Assembly: GCA_050014095.1 (NCBI GenBank)
Contig: JBEKDZ010000001.1
Coordinates: 206,560-270,559 of the forward strand
Reading direction: 5' to 3'
From: Dehalococcoidales bacterium
Lineage (GTDB): Bacteria; Chloroflexota; Dehalococcoidia; Dehalococcoidales; RBG-16-60-22
DNA length: 64,000 nt
The position numbers and the translations under genes are program-made. The notes under the pieces are model-generated. The model had not been told where the DNA came from. It saw only the letters and a program-made list of their open reading frames with translations, and searched no databases. Positions 9,020 to 16,417 of this stretch are shown here, one piece after another (position 1 is the stretch's first letter; each line of letters starts with the position of its first letter).

Positions 9020-9130
9020 GTCATTCCAGCGTAGGCTGGAATCCATACATAATTTCAGCAGGATGTTTATCACAGACAATGGATTCTGGCCCTCGGGCTG
9101 AGTTCGGGCTGAAGCCTTCGCCAGAATGAC
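9020..9130 (+). repeat. Composite inverted-pair module of the GTCATTC-hairpin-GAATCCA family
   Basis: Left unit GTC-ATTCCAGC-GTAG-GCTGGAAT-CCAT, a 32-nt core, then an inverted unit ATGG-ATTCTGGC...GCCAGAAT-GAC with an expanded loop. Confidence 0.85.
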
Positions 9131-9191
9131 ATTGTTAACTGTATACTATTAACCAACAACTAATAACTATCAACTAAAAACTCCATAAATT

Positions 9192-9205
9192 AGAACTTGT
9201 GTTCT
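9192..9205. promoter_or_regulatory. Candidate LexA (SOS/Cheo-type) box AGAACTTGTGTTCT
   Basis: Perfect GAAC-N4-GTTC palindrome 42 nt upstream of the uvrA ATG, overlapping the putative -35. Confidence 0.65.
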
Positions 9206-9225
9206 TTTTAAAAAAGTGGTAAAAT
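9197..9225 (+). promoter_or_regulatory. Putative uvrA promoter (TTGTGT -17 nt- TG-n-TAAAAT)
   Basis: Extended -10 'TGgTAAAAT' at 9217-9225. Weak -35 at 9197-9202. SD-like AGAGG before the ATG at 9247. Confidence 0.45.
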
Positions 9226-9246
9226 GTTGGTTAGAGGTTTTTCAAT

Positions 9247-12081
9247 ATGTCGGCCGATTTCATCATCATTAAAGGCGCCCGCGAGCACAACTTAAAAAAT
9301 ATCGATGTCGTTATCCCGCGGGATAAGCTCGTCGTCATTACCGGCGTCTCTGGCTCCGGTAAAAGTACTCTCGCCTTCGATACTATCTATGCCGAGGGTC
9401 AGCGCCGCTATGTGGAGTCCCTCTCCGCTTACGCCCGCCAGTTCTTAGGCAGGATGGAAAAGCCGGATGTCGACTTCATCGGCGGGTTGAGTCCAGCCAT
9501 ATCTATCGACCAGAAGGGACCCAGCAAAAATCCCCGGTCCACCGTCGGCACGGTCACGGAAATCTACGACTATCTCCGTCTGCTCTTCGCCAGGGTGGGG
9601 CATCCGCATTGTCCCCAGTGCGGACGGGAAATCACTATTCAGTCGGTGCAGCAAATCGTCGACGCCGTCCAGAAGCTGCCCCAGGGGAGCCGCATTATGG
9701 TGCTGGCGCCTATCGTTACCGACCGTAAGGGCGAGTATCAAAGTATCTTTGATGACCTGCGTAAGCAGGGCTACGCCCGCGTCCGCGTTGACGGCGAGGT
9801 GCACGACCTTTCGGATAACATCCCCCTCGATAAATATAAAAAACACTCTATCGCCGTCGTGGTGGATAGGCTCGTCGTCGGTGATAGCGGTAACCGCACC
9901 CGTATCTCGGACTCTGTTGAGACGGCGCTGAAATTAGGCGGCGGTACCGTGCTGGTGTCCATCGTCGGCGGCGAGGAAATGCTCTTCTCCGAACACCTTG
10001 CCTGCGTCCACTGCGGCATCAGCCTCGGCGAAATCGCCCCCCGCACCTTTAGCTTTAATAATCCCCACGGCGCCTGCCCCTCCTGCACCGGGCTGGGCTT
10101 TAAACAGATTGTCGACCCTGACCTCGTTATCAACAAGGAACTCTCCATTCTACAGGGGGCTATCATCCCCTGGGCGACGCATAACTGGTATCTCTGGCGC
10201 GTCCGGCAGTTGGCCAGGACTTATGATTTTTCGCTGGAAACCCCCCTTAAAAACATCAATAAAGAAGCTTTACATGTCCTTCTTTACGGCGAGGGCGGGC
10301 CGGTGCGTACTTACCACCGTTTCGGCCGGATTGTCCGCCGCACTGAGGGTTTTGAAGGTATCATCAACGCTCTGGAGCGTGTCCACCACGATACACAATC
10401 CGAGGGTTCACGTGAAAATTACGAGCGTTATATGGTTTATAAGCCCTGTGAGGAGTGCAACGGCAAGCGTCTTAAGCCGGAATCTTTAGCCGTATTAATC
10501 GGCGATAAAAATATCATGGACGTCTGTGAAATGCCCATCACGCAGTCGTTGGAGTGGACTGACTTTATCGCGAAGAAAGTCCTCACCGAGCGCGAGATGA
10601 TGATTGCCCAGCAGATTCTCAAAGAAATCCGCACGCGCCTCGGCTTTCTTAAAGACGTGGGACTGGACTATCTTTCTACCGCCCGTGCCTCGATGACCTT
10701 AAGCGGCGGGGAATCCCAGCGTATCCGCCTCGCCACCCAGATTGGCAGCGGCTTGATGGGCGTGCTCTATGTCTGTGACGAGCCCACCGTCGGCCTTCAC
10801 CCCGCCGACGACTATAGACTGATTCAGACGATGCAGCGACTGCGCGACTTAGGCAATACTATCCTAGTCGTCGAGCATGATGAGGCAATGATGCGCGCCG
10901 CCGACCATATTATCGATATGGGCCCCGGCGCCGGCGAACGCGGCGGCTATATCGTCGCTACCGGCACTCTGGACGATATTTTAAAGAACGAAAAATCCCT
11001 GACCGGTCAATATTTAAGCGGCGCCAAGCAGATTCCTCTCCCCGCCACCCGCCGTGCCGGCAACGGCAAAGAGCTGGTTATCAAAGGCGCCCGCCAGAAT
11101 AATTTGAAAAATATCGATGTCTCCATCCCGCTCGGCAGGTTCGTCTGCATTACCGGCGTATCCGGCAGCGGCAAAAGCACTTTAGTCGATGAGATTCTCT
11201 ACCACAAGCTGGCGCAGATATTCTATCGCGCTAAAGAGCGCGCCGGCGCTTGCGACGCTATCCTCGGACTGGAACACATTGATAAAGTCATTAACATCGA
11301 CCAGTCGCCTATCGGGCGTACCCCCCGCTCCAACCCCGCCACCTATACCGGCGCCTTCGGCCCCATGCGCGAGCTTTTCGCCACTCTGCCGGAAGCTCGC
11401 CTGCGCGGCTACGGACCCGGTCGCTTTTCCTTTAACGTTAAAGGCGGTCGCTGCGAGGCTTGCGGCGGCGAGGGATATATCCAGATTGAGATGCAGTTCC
11501 TACCGGATGTCACCGTCCCCTGTGAGGTCTGCAAAGGCAAGCGCTATAACACCGAGGCGCTGGAAATTAAATTCAAAGGCAAGAACATCGCCGAGGTGCT
11601 GGATATGACGGTAGCCCAGGCGTTGAATTTTTTCGAGAACATACCGAGCCTGAAAAACAAGCTTACCACGCTGGACGACGTTGGACTGGGCTATATTCAC
11701 CTGGGTCAGCCCGCGCCTACACTTTCCGGCGGCGAGGCGCAAAGAGTCAAGCTCGCTACGGAACTTTCGCGCCGCTCCACCGGTGCCACCCTTTATATCT
11801 TAGATGAGCCCACCACCGGCCTCTCTTTTGAAGATATAGCGGCTCTATTGAGGGTGCTTCAAAGATTGGTGGACGCCGGCAATACGGTAGTCGTCATCGA
11901 GCACCACCTGGACGTCATTAAAAACGCCGACTATATTATCGACCTGGGACCCGGCGCTGGCGATAAAGGTGGCTACGTGGTTGCCACCGGCACGCCGGAA
12001 GAGGTCACCCGCATGAAAAAGTCGGCTACCGGCGAGTATTTGAAAAGGGTGCTAAAGGGCGAAAGTGCGAATAAGGCATAA
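9247..12081 (+). CDS. uvrA: Excinuclease ABC subunit A
   Basis: Two ABC modules ('GVSGSGKST' twice, 'LSGGE(S/A)QR' twice) and Zn-finger Cys clusters. 944 aa. Confidence 0.98.
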   Translation: MSADFIIIKGAREHNLKNIDVVIPRDKLVVITGVSGSGKSTLAFDTIYAEGQRRYVESLSAYARQFLGRMEKPDVDFIGGLSPAISIDQKGPSKNPRSTVGTVTEIYDYLRLLFARVGHPHCPQCGREITIQSVQQIVDAVQKLPQGSRIMVLAPIVTDRKGEYQSIFDDLRKQGYARVRVDGEVHDLSDNIPLDKYKKHSIAVVVDRLVVGDSGNRTRISDSVETALKLGGGTVLVSIVGGEEMLFSEHLACVHCGISLGEIAPRTFSFNNPHGACPSCTGLGFKQIVDPDLVINKELSILQGAIIPWATHNWYLWRVRQLARTYDFSLETPLKNINKEALHVLLYGEGGPVRTYHRFGRIVRRTEGFEGIINALERVHHDTQSEGSRENYERYMVYKPCEECNGKRLKPESLAVLIGDKNIMDVCEMPITQSLEWTDFIAKKVLTEREMMIAQQILKEIRTRLGFLKDVGLDYLSTARASMTLSGGESQRIRLATQIGSGLMGVLYVCDEPTVGLHPADDYRLIQTMQRLRDLGNTILVVEHDEAMMRAADHIIDMGPGAGERGGYIVATGTLDDILKNEKSLTGQYLSGAKQIPLPATRRAGNGKELVIKGARQNNLKNIDVSIPLGRFVCITGVSGSGKSTLVDEILYHKLAQIFYRAKERAGACDAILGLEHIDKVINIDQSPIGRTPRSNPATYTGAFGPMRELFATLPEARLRGYGPGRFSFNVKGGRCEACGGEGYIQIEMQFLPDVTVPCEVCKGKRYNTEALEIKFKGKNIAEVLDMTVAQALNFFENIPSLKNKLTTLDDVGLGYIHLGQPAPTLSGGEAQRVKLATELSRRSTGATLYILDEPTTGLSFEDIAALLRVLQRLVDAGNTVVVIEHHLDVIKNADYIIDLGPGAGDKGGYVVATGTPEEVTRMKKSATGEYLKRVLKGESANKA

Positions 12082-12153
12082 TAATTAGCGTCTTATCCTA
12101 TTAAAAGGAGGAAGGAAAAACCATCTGTAATTTAATGGGAATTTTAAAGTATT

Positions 12154-12780
12154 ATGTTTCCAAACAAAACTCGAAAAATTCGCATTTGCTTATTTTGGAA
12201 AGGTAACTACTATTCTTTTTGTTGGATAGAGTTACTAAAAGATGGTTCATTTTCTCTTGGTTTTCTATCTAAAGTTTTCAAGTTTACGGAGTACGGCACG
12301 GCTAGACTCCGTGATGGATATTTCTCTGGTCATGTAAAGACTCTCACTAGTGGAAATCTGAACATTAATGATGCAAAAAGTCCTCATGTTACTTTTCACA
12401 CACCGCATATTGAGCAAAATAGCGGCATTGTACACATGGTCGCAGAAAATGGTGAAATTGATCAGCTGGAGCTCAACTGGTTCCCAGTAAGAAAAGTTGA
12501 CACACTGCTCTATGCATATTCGGGTAATATTGCAAAGCTGGATAGAGATAAGAAAAAGAAGTCGCGATATCAGATTGTCAATGTTCCATCTGACGTGCAA
12601 TGTTTAAGAATGGAGTTAATGATATATCCTCGAGTCCCAAAATATCCTAAGCCGCCAAAGATAATACATAACCCTAGCGCTATAGCTAACATTCATGGCG
12701 GGTGTCCTGACTATATGTTGAGTTGTTGTTTCTACAAAAATGCAGTGGTAGAGCCACAATTCTATTTTGCTTCAGAATAG
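12154..12780 (+). CDS. Hypothetical protein, 208 aa, AT-rich orphan
   Basis: Only long ORF in a roughly 30% G+C patch. No TM segment or motif recognised. Confidence 0.5.
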   Translation: MFPNKTRKIRICLFWKGNYYSFCWIELLKDGSFSLGFLSKVFKFTEYGTARLRDGYFSGHVKTLTSGNLNINDAKSPHVTFHTPHIEQNSGIVHMVAENGEIDQLELNWFPVRKVDTLLYAYSGNIAKLDRDKKKKSRYQIVNVPSDVQCLRMELMIYPRVPKYPKPPKIIHNPSAIANIHGGCPDYMLSCCFYKNAVVEPQFYFASE

Positions 12781-12884
12781 TTAATGGCAGAGTTTTGGGT
12801 GGGTAAGTATAAAATTAATTGTTTCTTCACTACTTGGTCAATTGTAAGTGCAAGAAATCAGCAGTCCTACCCCCTTTCCCCCCT

Positions 12885-13009
12885 GTCATTCTAGCCCCGT
12901 ATCGGTGTACGGGTTCACCGTGAACTTGGTAAACTCCGGCTGGAATCCATTTTAGAAATTCAGCGAGATGATTATCCCTGAAATAGATTCTGGCCTTCGC
13001 CAGAATGAC
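12885..13009 (+). repeat. Composite inverted-pair module, same family (left unit with a long loop)
   Basis: GTCATTCTAGCC...GGCTGGAATCCAT, then the core TTTAGAAATTCAGCGAGATGATTATCCCTGAAAT, then AGATTCTGGCCTTCGCCAGAATGAC. Confidence 0.85.
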
Positions 13010-13033
13010 ATTCTAATATATTGGCTCTCCCCC

Positions 13034-13060
13034 GTCATTCCCGAGTAATCGGGAATCCAG
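13034..13060 (+). repeat. Single unit GTC-ATTCCCGA-GTAA-TCGGGAAT-CCAG
   Basis: 8-bp stem with a GNRA loop. Confidence 0.85.
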
Positions 13061-13202
13061 TTCCCCTTTTCCCTCTCAAAATCTTTTCGTCCTAGTACTG
13101 TCTCTTCATTGTTATAGCTAAAAAAACAGCCTATACTATAGTTAAAGCATGGTATACTTTTAGAACTACCAACATAAGTATTAGCTAGAATGGTACATTA
13201 GT

Positions 13203-13661
13203 ATGAATGAAATCAGTCAACCTGATGCCTGCGTGAAAAGTACCGCCTTTGGCCAGTTTATACGAAGGCGTCTATTCCCTGTCAATAAATATGATTTGCT
13301 GGTTAATGCACCCGAAGCTTTAGCTAAAACAAACGATAGCTCCAAAACGGCGAGAGAATCTGGTTTTAAGTTCAAATCCCGCGACAGCGGACGGGAGTTC
13401 TTCGTAGACGCTAAATATCTTATCGGGGACTCCAATGCGTCGGTTGAATGGTGCCAGCCTTTCGAGTTCAAGAGATATCTCGAGATGGATAACAAAATGC
13501 CAGTTTATATCTTAATTGGTGACGGCCCGCAGCCGGCAGCGCCGCAACGTGTATTTATGTTCCCGCTAAAAAGTATCAGATTCAACAGAGTGTTACACTC
13601 ATATATACAAAAATACAAAATCTCCACCACCCGCAGTGTGGATGAAAAAGAGCTGTCATAG
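13203..13661 (+). CDS. Hypothetical protein, 152 aa; possible PD-(D/E)XK (DUF2726/NERD-like) nuclease fold
   Basis: 'YDLLV...FKFKSRDSGREFFVDAKY' can be read as a D...D-x-K nuclease core. This is a weak, motif-level call only. Confidence 0.45.
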   Translation: MNEISQPDACVKSTAFGQFIRRRLFPVNKYDLLVNAPEALAKTNDSSKTARESGFKFKSRDSGREFFVDAKYLIGDSNASVEWCQPFEFKRYLEMDNKMPVYILIGDGPQPAAPQRVFMFPLKSIRFNRVLHSYIQKYKISTTRSVDEKELS

Positions 13662-13677
13662 TGCGTAGGCGGGTCGC

Positions 13678-16260
13678 TTAGTTTATCGTAATCGTCGACC
13701 CTGCGGCTGTCTTGGTTATATCGATACGGGTAGGGAAGGCGTCCTTCAGCTCCTCCATGTGGGTGATTACCAGTATCTTCTCAAAGTCGCCCTGTATCGA
13801 GTTAATCGCCTCTTTCAGCTTCTCCATGCCGGTGCTATCCTGTGTCCCGAACCCCTCATCGATGATCAACGTCGGCAGCGGCGACCCGGCGCGCCTCGCC
13901 AGCAGCCTGGAGAGAGCGATGCGCACGGCGAAATTGATGCGGAAAGCCTCGCCGCCGCTGAACATCTCGTAATTGCGCGTCCCCAGCTCATCACCGATGA
14001 CGATATCCAGAGTCTCCTGGACGGTACCTTTCTTCGTTTCCCTCTGTGTTTTGAAATCAACGGTCATTTTACCATCGGTAAGCTGACTCAACAGTCGATT
14101 AGCTTCTTCCGCGATTTCCGGCAGCGCTGTTTCGATAATCAACGCCTGTATACCCGTTTTCCCGAAGGCTTTCGTAAGCTCTCGGTAAATGCTCACTTCC
14201 TTCGATGACTGCGATATTTGTGATTCCTTTTCTTTCTTCTTCACCTCAAGGTCGGCGAGGCGTTGCAGCTTGGCCCGGACTATCCCCACCCCCTCCTGTG
14301 CCCGATTGCGCTGTGTGTTGATGTCTTTATATTCCGTCTCTACCACAGCAAGCTCCTCGCGTAGCTGGGGTAGTCGTGTAAGCTCTGCTGCCAGAGTTTC
14401 TTTTTTCTGGCTATCGATTTTCAGACTTTCACGCAACGCCTGCGCTTCTTCACCAGCTTTTTTAACCGACTCCTTTTCCTGGTCGATGAGTTTCTCGGCT
14501 TCGTCCAGCATCATTTCATCCCGCTGGAATGTTTCAAGCTGTTTTAACTGCTGTTGACCTTGCTCGTGCTTTACGGCGTCGTACCCCAGCTTGCCTAAAT
14601 CAGCTTCGATAGCCGTTAAGTTTTGCTGCTCGCTAATGGCAAAGTTTCTCTTCGCCAGTTGTTCTTCAATACCGGATAGGTCGCTTTTGAGTTGTGCTAA
14701 TTTCTCACTTTCTTCCTCAATGCTGCTAATTTCTCTAGTGATAGCGCCTATCTGGCTCTGGATTTTATTTTTCTCCTGATTTAATGCTGCCTCAAACTTT
14801 GCTTTTTCTAGTAACAGAACTTCATATGCGGTTTTTCTCTGTGATAGGCTCTCCCGGTTCTGGTTTAACAGGTCCGTTTTCTCCTGTTTTTCTTTGGTGT
14901 ATTTTGCGTTAATCAGTTCCAGTCCTTCTTTAGTTAGCTCCTGTTCACAGAGGGGACACTTTGCCTCGGTATGAGAGGCAATGTGGCTGGCAATCATATC
15001 CAGTTTTTCCGCCGCTTCTACTATTTCCTTTTCCAGCCGTGAATTTTCAGCGTTTAATAGGCTGATTTGCGACTGCGCTTCCCGGGCAGATTGCTCTTGC
15101 TGGCGGATTTTTGTTTCCGCTTCGTCCAGTTTTTGTGTCTGCGCTTGAGCCTGGGTTAACTGGGATTTAAGCTCGGGTAGGGCTTGGATTTTCTTATCGT
15201 GCTCGCGGATATTGCTTTCGATAACAGCATGGTTTTTCAACAGCTCGTTCTTTGCCTGCTCGATAATGCGGTCGAGCAGATTCCTCTGCTCTTCTAGTTT
15301 TCGTGAAAGCAGTGATTTCTGGTCGAGTTCATCCACGGCTTTTTTTACTTCAGCGTATTGTGCATAGCCCGTTACGATTTCCGCCCGCCGGCCGATTAGC
15401 TCTTCGTATTGCTTAAATCTGACCTGGTGCTGCGCCGCCTGCTCTTCCCAGCGCTGGAGGTTGCGCTGGCTGGTGCTGATACGGGCCTCAAGCTCGTCAA
15501 GCTGCGCCCTCTTGACCTCTAAAGCCTCTTTTTGCTGCCGCAGCTTATTAAACGCCGCCTCTTTTTCTTTCGCCGCCGCATCGATATTCTTAAGGACGCT
15601 TTGCGCTTTTTCCAGCTCGCTTTCAAAGTCCGCCTTTTGCGCTAGTTCGATGTTAATTTCTTGCAAAGTGTTTTCCAGCTGGACGTTATCAGCTTCAAAC
15701 TGCTTCACCATTTCTTTGGCCTGTACTTCCAGCTGGTCGTAGATATCGAGCCCGAGAATGTTCCCCAGCACTTCCTTACGCTCGGCCGGCTTGCGCGTGG
15801 TGAACTCGTCGGCATGGCCCTGGCGCAGGTAGGCGCTGTTGATGAAGGTATCATAGTCCATATGCAGGACCTCGATTATCTTTTGCTGCGTCTCGGCGAT
15901 GGTATTGCCGGTGATGGGGCGGAATCCATCGTTATTGTTTATCTGAAACTCTAACGACGACTGCCCCGCCCTCCTCTGTTTTTTAGGCCGAGCGCGCTTG
16001 CGGATGATGCGGTAAAGCTGGTCGCCGATGTTGAACTCAAACTCCACCTCCATTTCCGACTGCGTGGTATGGATGAGGTCGTCATCACTGGCGGCGCGGG
16101 CTTTGCCCCACAACGCCCACGTAATAGCATCGATGATGGCGGACTTGCCGTTGCCGTTATCGCCAGAGAGGCAGGCTAAATGTAATCCCGTGAAGTCCAG
16201 TGCCGGGACGTTATCACGGTAGCACATGAAGTTGCGCATCTTTAAGCGGACGGGTATCAT
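13678..16260 (-). CDS. sbcC: SbcC/Rad50-family SMC-like ATPase (exonuclease subunit C-like)
   Basis: N-terminal 'LKMRNFMCYRD...LSGDNGNGKSAIIDAITWALWG' (Walker A). 'YLRQGHADEF' Q-loop region. Long coiled coil with central 'CPLCEQ' zinc hook. C-terminal signature 'FSGGEAFRINFAVRIALS' and Walker B 'LIIDEGFG'. Confidence 0.85.
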   Translation of the reverse strand: MIPVRLKMRNFMCYRDNVPALDFTGLHLACLSGDNGNGKSAIIDAITWALWGKARAASDDDLIHTTQSEMEVEFEFNIGDQLYRIIRKRARPKKQRRAGQSSLEFQINNNDGFRPITGNTIAETQQKIIEVLHMDYDTFINSAYLRQGHADEFTTRKPAERKEVLGNILGLDIYDQLEVQAKEMVKQFEADNVQLENTLQEINIELAQKADFESELEKAQSVLKNIDAAAKEKEAAFNKLRQQKEALEVKRAQLDELEARISTSQRNLQRWEEQAAQHQVRFKQYEELIGRRAEIVTGYAQYAEVKKAVDELDQKSLLSRKLEEQRNLLDRIIEQAKNELLKNHAVIESNIREHDKKIQALPELKSQLTQAQAQTQKLDEAETKIRQQEQSAREAQSQISLLNAENSRLEKEIVEAAEKLDMIASHIASHTEAKCPLCEQELTKEGLELINAKYTKEKQEKTDLLNQNRESLSQRKTAYEVLLLEKAKFEAALNQEKNKIQSQIGAITREISSIEEESEKLAQLKSDLSGIEEQLAKRNFAISEQQNLTAIEADLGKLGYDAVKHEQGQQQLKQLETFQRDEMMLDEAEKLIDQEKESVKKAGEEAQALRESLKIDSQKKETLAAELTRLPQLREELAVVETEYKDINTQRNRAQEGVGIVRAKLQRLADLEVKKKEKESQISQSSKEVSIYRELTKAFGKTGIQALIIETALPEIAEEANRLLSQLTDGKMTVDFKTQRETKKGTVQETLDIVIGDELGTRNYEMFSGGEAFRINFAVRIALSRLLARRAGSPLPTLIIDEGFGTQDSTGMEKLKEAINSIQGDFEKILVITHMEELKDAFPTRIDITKTAAGSTITIN

Positions 16261-16330
16261 CTCGACATTATTGTAGCATAGTTGAGTGATAGCCTCACCC
16301 TAAAAACTGACTTACCGAAATCCCTCTCAC

Positions 16331-16401
16331 TCTCCCTTTACGAAAGGGAGACGATGTCATCCTCTTTGTTAAAACGATTGTCCCTCTTTCGTAAAGAGGG
16401 A
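16331..16401. repeat. Second hairpin family: TCTCCCTTT-ACGA-AAGGGAGA and TCCCTCTTT-CGT-AAAGAGGGA
   Basis: Two similar hairpins 50 nt apart (16331-16351 and 16381-16401), between the bicupin gene stop and the sbcC start. Confidence 0.75.
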
Positions 16402-16417
16402 TAAAGGGAGATTTGTT

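Noticed and set aside
9020-13060. Possibility that the hairpin repeats are a CRISPR array
   Set aside because: Units occur singly or as inverted pairs at scattered loci and in both orientations. There is no regular repeat-spacer periodicity and there are no cas genes in the window.
12085-13200. Mobile element (IS, prophage or integrative element) explaining the AT-rich patches
   Set aside because: No transposase, integrase, recombinase, phage structural gene or flanking tRNA was found in or beside any of the four patches. Only the short hairpin repeats are present, so no mobile_element feature is called.
13678-16260. Alternative identities for the 860-aa ATPase (SMC, RecN, RecF, MukB)
   Set aside because: The CxxC zinc hook in mid-coil and the N-terminal 'NF.CY...F..G...I.G.NG.GKS.I.DAI..ALWG' pattern are SbcC/Rad50 features. 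The size is too small for SMC or MukB, and the coiled coil is too long for RecF or RecN. The subfamily (repair versus defence-type) remains open.
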